Source: Chloroflexota bacterium (GTDB lineage: Bacteria > Chloroflexota > Dehalococcoidia > UBA6926). From it: 64,000 bases of DNA. Numbering within the stretch: position 1 is the stretch's first letter; each line of letters begins with the position of its first letter. The notes under the pieces were generated by a model. That model ran no database searches. It was not told where the DNA came from and saw only the letters and a program-made list of their open reading frames with translations. Positions 47,702 to 56,748 of this stretch are shown here, piece by piece. The DNA lies in assembly GCA_026713485.1 (NCBI GenBank), contig JAPOOK010000003.1:4085-68084 (forward strand), in the 5' to 3' direction. The translations under genes were made by a program, and so were the position numbers.

Positions 47702-49104
47702 CGCTCGATCTCGACTTAGACATCATCATCCTGTCCGCCTACCTGGTGTCGGCGGCTCTCTTCATCCTCGGACTGCGCTACATGGGCTCGCCCGCAACCG
47801 CCCGGTTCGGCAACACGCTGGGCGCGTCCGGCATGTTGCTGGCGATCATCGTGACGCTCATCAACGAGGAGATTCTCAGGTACGAGCTCATCATTGCCGG
47901 TGTGTTGGTCGGCGGCGTCATCGGCGTGTTTTTTGCCCGGCAGGTCAAGATGACGGCGATGCCGCAGATGGTCGCCGTCTTCAACGGCTTCGGCGGCGGG
48001 GCATCCGCCCTCATCGCCGTGTCCGAGTATTTCCGACTCTATGACGCGGGCACGGAGATGTCCTTGGACACCTCCGTGACCATCATGCTTGGCGTTCTCA
48101 TCGGCACCATAACGCTTTCCGGCAGCGCCATTGCGACGGGTAAGCTGCAGGAGGTCATCACGGGGCGCGCCATTCGCCTGCCCTTGCAAAATATTTTGAG
48201 CGCTATCCTGTTCGCGGTCATCATCGGACTTGCGGTCAGCCAGATTGCCTTTGAAGCCAACCCGATCCCGTTTGTAGCGCTGATTGCCCTCTGCCTCGTG
48301 CTGGGCGTCCTGCTGGTGATGCCCATCGGCGGGGCGGATATGCCCGTCGTCATTTCTCTGCTCAACTCCTACTCAGGGCTTGCCGCCGCTGCGGCCGGAT
48401 TCGTGATTGGAAACCCGATACTTATTATCGCGGGCGCGCTTGTCGGCGCGGCGGGATTCATCCTGACGCAGATCATGACGCGGGCCATGCACCGCTCCCT
48501 CGCCAACGTCATGTTCGGCGCTTTCGGCGCGGGCGGCGGAGGAGCCGCGGCGAGCGGCGTTGCGGAAGGCGCGACGGTGCGAACAGGTTCTCCCGAAGAC
48601 CTGGGAGTCCTGCTTGCGTATGCGGATTCGGTCATCGTCGTGCCGGGCTACGGTTTGGCTGTCGCGCAGGCGCAGCGGCAGGTGCGCGATCTTGCCGACC
48701 TGCTTGAAGATCGCGGTGTGGACGTGCGCTATGCCATTCACCCCGTCGCAGGCCGGATGCCGGGGCACATGAACGTGCTGCTGGCGGAAGTGGACGTCCC
48801 CTATGACCGCCTTTATGACCTTGACCAGATCAATGACGAGTTTGAGCGCACGGACGTGGCAATTGTGGTGGGCGCGAATGACGTGACGAACCCGTCCGCC
48901 AGAGAGGTCACGGACAGCCCGATCTACGGCATGCCAATCCTCAACGTGGACCATGCCCGCAACATCATCGTGCTAAAGCGCTCGATGAGCCCGGGTTTTG
49001 CGGGCATCGACAACCCACTGTTCTACAACGAGAAAACGTCTATGCTGTTTGCCGACGCCAAGGACGGTCTCAACCGCCTAATAGAAGCCGTGCAGGAGAA
49101 CTGA
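47698..49104 (+). CDS. pntB: NAD(P) transhydrogenase subunit beta
   Basis: MTAMPQMV, IGGADMPVVISLLNSYSG, VPGYGLAVAQAQ, HPVAGRMPGHMNV. Confidence 0.96.
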   Translation: MTLDLDLDIIILSAYLVSAALFILGLRYMGSPATARFGNTLGASGMLLAIIVTLINEEILRYELIIAGVLVGGVIGVFFARQVKMTAMPQMVAVFNGFGGGASALIAVSEYFRLYDAGTEMSLDTSVTIMLGVLIGTITLSGSAIATGKLQEVITGRAIRLPLQNILSAILFAVIIGLAVSQIAFEANPIPFVALIALCLVLGVLLVMPIGGADMPVVISLLNSYSGLAAAAAGFVIGNPILIIAGALVGAAGFILTQIMTRAMHRSLANVMFGAFGAGGGGAAASGVAEGATVRTGSPEDLGVLLAYADSVIVVPGYGLAVAQAQRQVRDLADLLEDRGVDVRYAIHPVAGRMPGHMNVLLAEVDVPYDRLYDLDQINDEFERTDVAIVVGANDVTNPSAREVTDSPIYGMPILNVDHARNIIVLKRSMSPGFAGIDNPLFYNEKTSMLFADAKDGLNRLIEAVQEN

Positions 49105-49126
49105 CGCGCGGCGGTCAGGTCTGACC

Positions 49127-50473
49127 ATGACAGCAACAGTGACGCCGCCCTCACGGGAACAGAGGCCCAAGACGCCATTCCTGGTACGGCGCTCTCCAAT
49201 CTTCTACGGCTGGGTCATCGTCGGCCTCACGTTCTCGACGAGCATGGTCACGGCAGGCATCAGCGGCTACGGCCTCTCATTCTTCGTCGTTCCGATGAGC
49301 GAGGCTTTGGGCGTCACGCGGGCGGAGTTCTCCTCCATCACCCTGTTCCGGCTCGCAGCCATACCACTCTTGCCTCTGCTTGGGCTGCTCGTGGACAAAC
49401 GCGAAGGCCCCCGTCTTGTGATCGTGTTCGGCAGCGCGGCAGCCGGCCTTTCCCTCGTTGCGTCCTCGTTCGTCCAGAACATGCTTCAGTTCTACCTGAC
49501 GTTCGGCATCTTCTTTGGGGTCGCGATGATGGCGATGGGAGGGCAGCTTGTCGGCCCCGCCGTCCTTGCAAAGTGGTTCGTCAAGCGGCGCGCCCGTGTA
49601 ATGGCCATCAGCGCCATCGGCATCTCCGGCGGCGGCTTTGTCATCGCCCCCATCGCCGGTCAACTCGTCGAGCAGTTTGGCTGGCGCGACGCGTGGGTGA
49701 TTCTCGGTATCGGCATGATCCTCATCATCACGCCTGCCGCCGCCCTGTTTATGCGCAGGCAGCCGAGCGACGTCGGCCTTGTGCCGGACGGTATTCCACA
49801 AGCGAACCCGGCGCGTGAAGGCATGACGGCTGAAGAGGCCGCCGCCCTGTCGTCAAGCGAACCCTACGAGTACCCATGGACCGTGCGAGAGGCGGCGCGC
49901 ACCGGTGCTTTCTGGGCGCTGCTGGCCGCGCAGGTGTTGTCCCTCGCCTCACTGATGCCGATTCTCTTCCACCAGGTAGCGTATATGCAGGACAAGGGTT
50001 TCGACCTTGGGGATGCGACCCTCGCGGCGACGATACTGGCCGGGTTCGCCATCCTGGGCAAGATTGTGTACGGCGCGATCGTGGAGCGCGTCCATGTGCG
50101 ATGGGTCTTGGCGATGTCGATGATTCCCGCCGGGCTTTCAGTTCTTTTCCTCGTTGGTAGCGCAAGCCTGGAAATGCTGCTGGTCTATGCCGTTGTGCAC
50201 GGTCTGACGATGGGCGGATTCATGCCTTTAATGAACGTGGCGCTCGCCCAGTACTTTGGACGGCAGCACATGGGGGCGATACGGGGCGCATTCACGCCTC
50301 TCGCTAATATCGTGGGCGCGGTCAGCCCGTTCGGCGCCGGCCTGATGTTTGAGCGGTTCGGGAACTATGACATTTCCTTTGTTCTGGCCGGCGCGGGCTG
50401 GTTCTTCGGCGGCGTCATCGTCCTGCTGGCACGGGAGCCGCGGGAACCGACAGTTGTTGCGAAGACGCTATAA
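49127..50473 (+). CDS. MFS transporter
   Basis: FYGW, about 12 TM segments, KWFVKRR, YFGRQHMGAI.G. Confidence 0.9.
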   Translation: MTATVTPPSREQRPKTPFLVRRSPIFYGWVIVGLTFSTSMVTAGISGYGLSFFVVPMSEALGVTRAEFSSITLFRLAAIPLLPLLGLLVDKREGPRLVIVFGSAAAGLSLVASSFVQNMLQFYLTFGIFFGVAMMAMGGQLVGPAVLAKWFVKRRARVMAISAIGISGGGFVIAPIAGQLVEQFGWRDAWVILGIGMILIITPAAALFMRRQPSDVGLVPDGIPQANPAREGMTAEEAAALSSSEPYEYPWTVREAARTGAFWALLAAQVLSLASLMPILFHQVAYMQDKGFDLGDATLAATILAGFAILGKIVYGAIVERVHVRWVLAMSMIPAGLSVLFLVGSASLEMLLVYAVVHGLTMGGFMPLMNVALAQYFGRQHMGAIRGAFTPLANIVGAVSPFGAGLMFERFGNYDISFVLAGAGWFFGGVIVLLAREPREPTVVAKTL

Positions 50474-50508
50474 TCGCTAGCGTCGGTGCTACGACAAGTG
50501 AATACATT

Positions 50509-51846
50509 GTGACCGCAGAAAATCCCCCCCGGCCTCGCAGAACGCCTTTTCCCGTTCGCAATATCCCATTCTTCTACGGGTGGGTGATTCTCGGCATCAC
50601 GTTCTCCAGCAACATGATCACGGCCGGTATCAACGGCTATGGAATCTCGTTTTTCGTCGTGCCGATGAGCGAGGCTCTTGATGTAACCCGTGCCGAGTTC
50701 TCGGCTATCTCCCTGTTCCGCCTCGCCGCCATTCCCGTCATCCCGATAGTCGGAATGATGCTCGACAAGCGCGAGGGCCCGCGTTATGTGGTGATATTTG
50801 CCAGTATCGCCGCGGGCCTTGCCCTAATTGCCGCCGCATATGTGCAGGCAATATGGCAGTTCTACATCGTCTTTGGCATCGTGTTCGGCATCGTTGCGAC
50901 CACCATGAACTGGCAGCTTCTGGGCGCGGCAATCCTGGCCAAGTGGTTTGTCAGGATGCGTGGCCGCGTCATGGCAATCAGCACGGTCGGGATATCGACG
51001 GGCGGATTCGTCATCGCCCCAATCGCCGGCCTGCTCATTGACACAATCGGATGGCGCGGGGCCTGGGCAATTCTTGGCATCGGTATTCTGGTCGTTCTTA
51101 CACCCATAGCCATCATCTTTATGCGGCGGCAGCCGAGTGACGTTGGGCTGGTTCCGGACGGGATCCCGCAAGAAGCGGTACGTGATGAAGCAGCGACCGG
51201 CGCCGGAGGCGTCACGGTTGCTGGCGGCGAACCGTATGAGTATCCGTGGACGGTTCGCGAGGCCCTGGGAACAGCGGCCTTTTGGGCAATGCTTGCCGCG
51301 CAGGCGCTCGGTCAAGCCGCGCTTTTTGGAGTCCTCTTTCACCAGGTTGCGTATATGCAGGACAAGGGACTCAGCGTTGCCGATGCGACCCTCATCGCTA
51401 CCGTGCTTGCAGGCGTCGCGATTCCCAGCAAGATGATCTACGGCTTCCTGGCCGAGCGATTCCCGCCGCGGATGATGCTGGCGGCAGCGATGATTCCGGC
51501 AGGCTTCTTCCTGCTGCTGTTGGTGGTGGCCGCGAACCGTGAGGTGCTGCTTGTTTATGCCGTTCTTTATGGCCTCACCATGGGCGGGTTCATTCCTATG
51601 GTCAATGTTGCTCTCGCGCAGTACTTTGGCCGCGAGCACATGGGCGCGATCCGGGGAGTCGCGACACCTATAGCCAACATTGCCGGTTCTTCAGGCCCGT
51701 TCGCCGTTGGTCTCATGTGGCAATGGCTTGGAGATTACGATGTCTCGTTCGTGTTGCTCGGCGTCTTCTGGGCCATCGGCGGCCTATTTGTGCTAACGGC
51801 GAGACAACCAAGAGCGCCGGCAGAATCGCCCGTCCCCTCCGCTTGA
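50509..51846 (+). CDS. MFS transporter (paralog of upstream gene)
   Basis: Shares long identical blocks with the upstream MFS (FFVVPMSEAL, FMRRQPSDVGLVPDGIPQ, EPYEYPWTVREA, FHQVAYMQDKG). Confidence 0.9.
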   Translation: MTAENPPRPRRTPFPVRNIPFFYGWVILGITFSSNMITAGINGYGISFFVVPMSEALDVTRAEFSAISLFRLAAIPVIPIVGMMLDKREGPRYVVIFASIAAGLALIAAAYVQAIWQFYIVFGIVFGIVATTMNWQLLGAAILAKWFVRMRGRVMAISTVGISTGGFVIAPIAGLLIDTIGWRGAWAILGIGILVVLTPIAIIFMRRQPSDVGLVPDGIPQEAVRDEAATGAGGVTVAGGEPYEYPWTVREALGTAAFWAMLAAQALGQAALFGVLFHQVAYMQDKGLSVADATLIATVLAGVAIPSKMIYGFLAERFPPRMMLAAAMIPAGFFLLLLVVAANREVLLVYAVLYGLTMGGFIPMVNVALAQYFGREHMGAIRGVATPIANIAGSSGPFAVGLMWQWLGDYDVSFVLLGVFWAIGGLFVLTARQPRAPAESPVPSA

Positions 51847-51896
51847 CCCCTCATCCCGTCGTTCCAATACTGATATGGCGCTCTGCGCTTAAACGC

Positions 51897-51984
51897 GGAG
51901 GGGTGGCCGAGAGGACGAAGGCGGCTGTCTTGAAAACAGCTTTGCGGTAACCCTGCAACGCGGGTTCGAATCCCGCCCCCTCCG
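51897..51984 (+). tRNA. tRNA-Ser (anticodon TGA), long variable arm, CCA not encoded
   Basis: GGAGGGG/CCCCTCC acceptor stem, GCTGT-CTTGAAA-ACAGC anticodon arm, GGTTCGAATCC T arm, discriminator G. Confidence 0.95.
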
Positions 51985-52106
51985 CTTGTTTTAAAGTTCG
52001 CGATTCCACCCTGGGTTGGCCTAATCGTCTGATTTCCGCGTTCCGGCGCCGGCGGTCCGGTGTTTTCCCTGTTTCCCTCTGGCATGGATTGCGCGAATGA
52101 GGTTTT

Positions 52107-52179
52107 GGATTCTTCGATTCCGCTGCGCTGCGCTCAGAATGACAGGCGGTGGTGGCAGCACTGCGCCCGGAATGGCGGA
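52107..52179. repeat. REP-like composite element related to 43077-43123 (inverted)
   Basis: gattc..cgctcagaatgacaggc...ggaatggcgga resembles the reverse complement of the 43.1-kb element. Confidence 0.55.
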
Positions 52180-52283
52180 TGGTGGTGGCTTGCGTAGTTT
52201 CTATGTCCTGCGTAGAGGTGGTCGTGGGGCGGGAAGAGTTGAGGTTGTGCGATGGATGGTCGCGGAACTCGGGCGGTCAAGAA

Positions 52284-54374
52284 TTAGCCCGCGTCGAACC
52301 TGTCGGGGAGCATCGCTATGCTGGGAACGTCTATCGTGAACTCGTATTCGCCGTTCACCGCCTCGACCTCGTAGGAGCAGCCGTTGAGTCCGTCCCGCCA
52401 GACGAAATCGTAAGAACGAAGCTCGAAGCTCCCTGGTGCGACAGTTGCAGTGATCCTGTTCGTTATACTAAAGCCGGAGTCTACGGTCGCTTGGAGAAGC
52501 AGATCCCCGGAGGACAGTTCTTCAACCTGGATGGCATCTCTGTATGTATGAGAGAGGATCTCCGCGATGCTGCCGGGGTCGGTGAAGCGGCCCAAATTGG
52601 CTACGGCTTTGTCTTTCACATCATTGCCCGTCCATATAGGCCACGGGGTTTCCGGCAATCTGATTACGTCCGTGTCGTCGTTGTAGAAGCGCATGGCGCC
52701 CTTATTGACGTACCTCTCATACGTACCCCACTCGAGGGGGTACGAGTCGCCATTGTCACAGTTGTTGGAGATCCTGAGTGTGAACCGTGCAGGTGCCGCA
52801 ATGAGCCGTTGCCAGATACCTCTCGCAGTGGCATAGGGGTCGATCGGAGGGTCCAGCAGGTCATCTGCGAACACGACAATCTCTGCGACTTTTGAGATGT
52901 GCATTCCCGGCCGTATGAGCGGGTGCGAGTACAGCGTCACAAGGTCCCTGTCCATCCTGTTCATCTGGGGGGGTGTCCCCAATCCGACGTTGCCCATGAT
53001 GCTGCTCAACTGCTTCCTGTGCACCATGTCAGCCAGCGCATGCAGCGCCTCATGCATGGTTATGCCCTTGGCGCGTAGGAGCTCGCGCCTATCATCCGGG
53101 GCGTCGTCGATCTTCCAGACGGTGAATGAGGCATCCTCGATGACGTTATCCGAGACCGAGTCCTTCCATGCGCAGCCTCCGGAGTCCGTGCAGGATGCAA
53201 TCTGATCGTTGGGAGGGATGCCTACATATGCCTTGAGCTGTGCGTCCTTCTTGTCGGTCACCCATTGGAATTCGAGGTTCATCAAGCGAGACAGCTCAGT
53301 CAACGTATCACGCAGTATGTCAATGTAGAGGTCTTCCCCGGCGGGGTCCGCCCATACCTTGACAGGCTGATCGATCGCCCATTTCCTGACCGTCTCGAGC
53401 GCCCAACCCCCGCACCCCCCGATTCTGTCGCCTTCTGCCTCATAAGTGAACTGCCCCGGGCGATCGCTGAAGCATTCCCAGACATCGCGATCGACGCCGA
53501 GGATACGTTCAGGGACCTTGAAGACCTGTTGTGGGCCGCCATCGCTGCCCTCGACCCACGCTTGCAGCGTCACCCCCATAGGGACCCGCAAGGGGAGCGT
53601 GTGGTCAGTAGGACCGTAGCCGTCCGGCAATGAGACGGCCGTCTGCTCTCCGCAGTTGGTCAGCAGATCGTTGTGCCTGTAACAGGCTACGGTGACCCGT
53701 ACAGGATGTGTCCTTGGTTGATACCCGCTGTTCTCCAATGTCATCGTGGCCTCGACGCTTGCCGTGCCATCCGACCAGTATCCCAATAGACTCGTTCGAA
53801 CGCCGAGTGCGTAGTCGAGGGGCTGCTTGGCGGGCACGTCGATCGTCACGTGAAATGCGGCATCGTCCGTCCACGCTTGCTCGCTGCCGATGACACGCAG
53901 GAAGCCGATGATGTCGCTGGCTCCCTGCTGAAGTCTCAACTCCATGCGGATATGTTCGCTGGCTCCAGGGGGAACCTCGTTAAACTCCACGTTTCCCGGA
54001 CAATCACGGCCATCAGGGCATACCACGCCGACCTCCACTTGGCTGAAGGGCTGATCGCTCCGGTTTTCCAATCCGAGGACGAGGTGAACGGTCGCGTAGC
54101 CATCTGAATCGTAGCTGCCAATGTTCGTTGACTCGACCGACACTACGAGGACTTCAGGGTCCGGCGTCGGTGTCGGGGAGGGAGTAGGAGAAGAGGTGGG
54201 CGAGAAAGTGGCAGTTGGAGAGGGGCTGGGTGAGAAAGTGGCGGTTGGAGAAGGGCTGGTGGTGTTAGTGCCGGTCGGGGATGGTGCAACTGGCTCATCG
54301 GAACACCCGGCTAGCAGTACAGTCATGAGGATTACGCTACCGATCAGACGAACTGCGGAGGTACGGGACATCAT
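52284..54374 (-). CDS. Large secreted lipoprotein with metzincin-like Zn-protease motif
   Basis: LAGC lipobox, Ser/Pro/Thr linker, two Ig-like segments, HEALHALADMVH plus SSIMG Met-turn; start uncertain (54374-54458). Confidence 0.7.
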   Translation of the reverse strand: MMSRTSAVRLIGSVILMTVLLAGCSDEPVAPSPTGTNTTSPSPTATFSPSPSPTATFSPTSSPTPSPTPTPDPEVLVVSVESTNIGSYDSDGYATVHLVLGLENRSDQPFSQVEVGVVCPDGRDCPGNVEFNEVPPGASEHIRMELRLQQGASDIIGFLRVIGSEQAWTDDAAFHVTIDVPAKQPLDYALGVRTSLLGYWSDGTASVEATMTLENSGYQPRTHPVRVTVACYRHNDLLTNCGEQTAVSLPDGYGPTDHTLPLRVPMGVTLQAWVEGSDGGPQQVFKVPERILGVDRDVWECFSDRPGQFTYEAEGDRIGGCGGWALETVRKWAIDQPVKVWADPAGEDLYIDILRDTLTELSRLMNLEFQWVTDKKDAQLKAYVGIPPNDQIASCTDSGGCAWKDSVSDNVIEDASFTVWKIDDAPDDRRELLRAKGITMHEALHALADMVHRKQLSSIMGNVGLGTPPQMNRMDRDLVTLYSHPLIRPGMHISKVAEIVVFADDLLDPPIDPYATARGIWQRLIAAPARFTLRISNNCDNGDSYPLEWGTYERYVNKGAMRFYNDDTDVIRLPETPWPIWTGNDVKDKAVANLGRFTDPGSIAEILSHTYRDAIQVEELSSGDLLLQATVDSGFSITNRITATVAPGSFELRSYDFVWRDGLNGCSYEVEAVNGEYEFTIDVPSIAMLPDRFDAG

Positions 54375-54519
54375 CACCAACATTACGGTGGCAATCCGTA
54401 GATTATTGGCCCTTAACGTATTACATAATACCACCTGCATCCCCTCTGAATCCCGCACGAAGCCGGCCTCTTCGACTATCCCTCCGCTTGCGCGGTTTCC
54501 GTGTCCTGTATGACACTAC

Positions 54520-54537
54520 TCGTGAAAGAACTCACAG
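54520..54537 (+). promoter_or_regulatory. Rex/CRP-like operator upstream of sucC
   Basis: TCGTGAAAGAACTCACAG. Confidence 0.45.
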
Positions 54538-54555
54538 GGTGGGGGGCCTAGATAT

Positions 54556-55710
54556 ATGAAGATTCACGAATACCAGGCGAAAGAGGTGCTCAAGTCGTTC
54601 GGTGTTGCCGTGCCAAACGGGCGCGTCGCGAGCACCGCTGATGAGGCGCGTGCCATCGCGGAAGAGCTCGGCGGCAGAGCAGTCGTCAAGGCGCAGGTTC
54701 ACGCGGGTGGTCGCGGCAAGGCAGGCGGCGTTAAGGTCGTCGGTAGCCCGGATGAGGCGGCAGAGTTCGCCGCCGGTCTGCTCGGCTCCAACCTCGTCAC
54801 CGCGCAGACCGGCCCGCAGGGCGTGCCCGTCAACACCGTTCTCGTTGAGGAGCCCGTCGACATTGCGCAGGAGCTCTACCTGAGTGTGACGGTGGACGGG
54901 GCGGCTAAGTCGCCCGTTATCATCGCCTCAGCTGCGGGCGGCATGGAGATCGAGGAGATCGCCGAGGAGTCGCCTGAGAAGATCACACAGGTCCACATCG
55001 ATCCGCTAATCGGCTACCAGCCGTTCGTTGGTCGTCGTGTCGCGACGGCTCTCGGCCTGGATGCTGCTCTGGCGCGTCCCTTTGGGGCGCTGCTTGGCGG
55101 CATCGTCAACGCATTCCAGAATAAGGACCTCAACCTTGTTGAGATCAACCCGCTCGTCGTCACCGGCGATGGGGCTCTTCTGGCCGCTGACGGCAAGATC
55201 GACACCGACGAGAACAGCCACTTCCGCCATCGTGACCTTGCTGAGCTGCGTGATGCCGACCAGGAGGACCCGCTCGAGCGGAATGCCAATGACAAGGGCG
55301 TGCAGTACGTGAAGCTGGACGGCGACGTTGGCTGCATGGTGAACGGCGCGGGACTTGCGATGGCAACGATGGACGTTATCGCGCAGGTTGGCCACGCGCC
55401 CGCCAACTTCCTGGACGTTGGCGGCGGCGGCACCGAGGAGCAGGTTGCAGAGGCCTTCAAGATCATCGTCTCAGACCCGGATGTTAAGAAGGTCCTGATC
55501 AACGTCTTTGGCGGCATCCTGCGCTGTGACGTTCTGGCGAACGGCATCGTCTCCGCCTACAAGGAAGTCGACGTGAACGTCCCCATCATCGTGCGGATGA
55601 CCGGCACGAACTCTGAGGAGGGCGCGGAGATCCTGCGCAACTCGGACATCACTGTCGCCGTGGCGGCCGATCTCAACGATGCAGCCACCAAGGTCGCAGA
55701 AATCAACTAG
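54556..55710 (+). CDS. sucC: Succinate--CoA ligase beta subunit
   Basis: MKIHEYQAK, KAQVHAGGRGKAGGVK, EINPL, NGAGLAMATMD, NFLDVGGG, GGILRCD. Confidence 0.97.
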   Translation: MKIHEYQAKEVLKSFGVAVPNGRVASTADEARAIAEELGGRAVVKAQVHAGGRGKAGGVKVVGSPDEAAEFAAGLLGSNLVTAQTGPQGVPVNTVLVEEPVDIAQELYLSVTVDGAAKSPVIIASAAGGMEIEEIAEESPEKITQVHIDPLIGYQPFVGRRVATALGLDAALARPFGALLGGIVNAFQNKDLNLVEINPLVVTGDGALLAADGKIDTDENSHFRHRDLAELRDADQEDPLERNANDKGVQYVKLDGDVGCMVNGAGLAMATMDVIAQVGHAPANFLDVGGGGTEEQVAEAFKIIVSDPDVKKVLINVFGGILRCDVLANGIVSAYKEVDVNVPIIVRMTGTNSEEGAEILRNSDITVAVAADLNDAATKVAEIN

Positions 55711-55772
55711 GGTTTTCCGCGAACGTAATTCAAACTGACAATTCCACAAAAATATTTGGGAGAACTGAATAA

Positions 55773-56663
55773 ATGAGCATTCTTGTTGGCGAAGAGACCC
55801 GCGTGCTGGTTCAAGGCATGAGCGGCCGTGAGGGAACGTTCCAGACCGAGCGGTGCATCGCCTTTGGCACCAATGTCGTGGCGGGCGTGACACCCGGACG
55901 CGGCGGCACTACGCACATCGAGCGCCCCATGTATGACTCCGTTCGCGATGCGGTTGAGCAGGAAGGCGCGAATGTGTCCCTCATCTTCGTTCCGGCCGCG
56001 TTCGCAACGGACGCGCTGCTTGAAGCCGCTGACGGCGGTGTCGATTTGATTGTCTGTATCACGGACGGCCTGCCGACGCTGGATATGGCGCAGGTGGCGC
56101 AGTACCTGACCAAGAAAAGCGTACGCCTTATCGGCCCCAACTGCCCCGGTCTGACGAGTGTGGCGGAGAAGCAGAAGGTCGGCATCATTCCCGGCAACAT
56201 CCACGCGGAGGGCCGCATCGGCGTCGTCTCCCGCTCCGGCACGCTGACATATGAGGCCGTTTCGCAGCTGACTGCATTAGGCATCGGGCAGTCCACGTGC
56301 GTGGGCGTTGGCGGCGATCCCATCATCGGCATGAGGCACCGGGACATCCTTGAGCTATTCGAGAACGATCCGGACACGGACGCAGTCGTGCTCATTGGTG
56401 AGATTGGCGGCACGGCGGAGCAGGAAGCAGCGGACTACATCAAGAATCACATGAGCAAGCCGGTGACGGGGTTCATTGCGGGCGCGACTGCGCCTCCCGG
56501 ACGCCGCATGGGGCACGCGGGCGCAATCATCACGGGCACGGCGGCGACGGCAGAGGCCAAGAAACAGGCCCTGCGAGATGCCGGCTGCTACGTGTCAGAC
56601 AGCCCGGGACAGATCGGCATCACCGTTCAGCGCATGTTGACGGAGCGGAGGATTTCCGCCTAG
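55773..56663 (+). CDS. sucD: Succinate--CoA ligase alpha subunit
   Basis: [33 protein letters not shown] phospho-His motif. Confidence 0.97.
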   Translation: MSILVGEETRVLVQGMSGREGTFQTERCIAFGTNVVAGVTPGRGGTTHIERPMYDSVRDAVEQEGANVSLIFVPAAFATDALLEAADGGVDLIVCITDGLPTLDMAQVAQYLTKKSVRLIGPNCPGLTSVAEKQKVGIIPGNIHAEGRIGVVSRSGTLTYEAVSQLTALGIGQSTCVGVGGDPIIGMRHRDILELFENDPDTDAVVLIGEIGGTAEQEAADYIKNHMSKPVTGFIAGATAPPGRRMGHAGAIITGTAATAEAKKQALRDAGCYVSDSPGQIGITVQRMLTERRISA

Positions 56664-56697
56664 TTGGCCGGAACAGCTAACTTTTGCGCAGTGGTAT

Positions 56698-56715
56698 TCG
56701 TTACTTAATTCACAA
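56698..56715 (+). promoter_or_regulatory. Rex/CRP-like operator upstream of the RND gene
   Basis: TCGTTACTTAATTCACAA (perfect right half-site). Confidence 0.35.
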
Positions 56716-56748
56716 ACCGGCCTGCTGTTCCTGGAAAACTCTCAACAC

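Noticed and set aside
51897-51984. Selenocysteine or suppressor tRNA
   Set aside because: Anticodon is TGA (reads UCA, Ser), not TCA; normal 7-bp acceptor stem
52149-52895. 248-aa plus-strand ORF
   Set aside because: Begins within a repeat and overlaps the lipoprotein gene in antisense
54165-54260. Tandem DNA repeat in the lipoprotein gene
   Set aside because: Encodes an ordinary Ser/Pro/Thr linker
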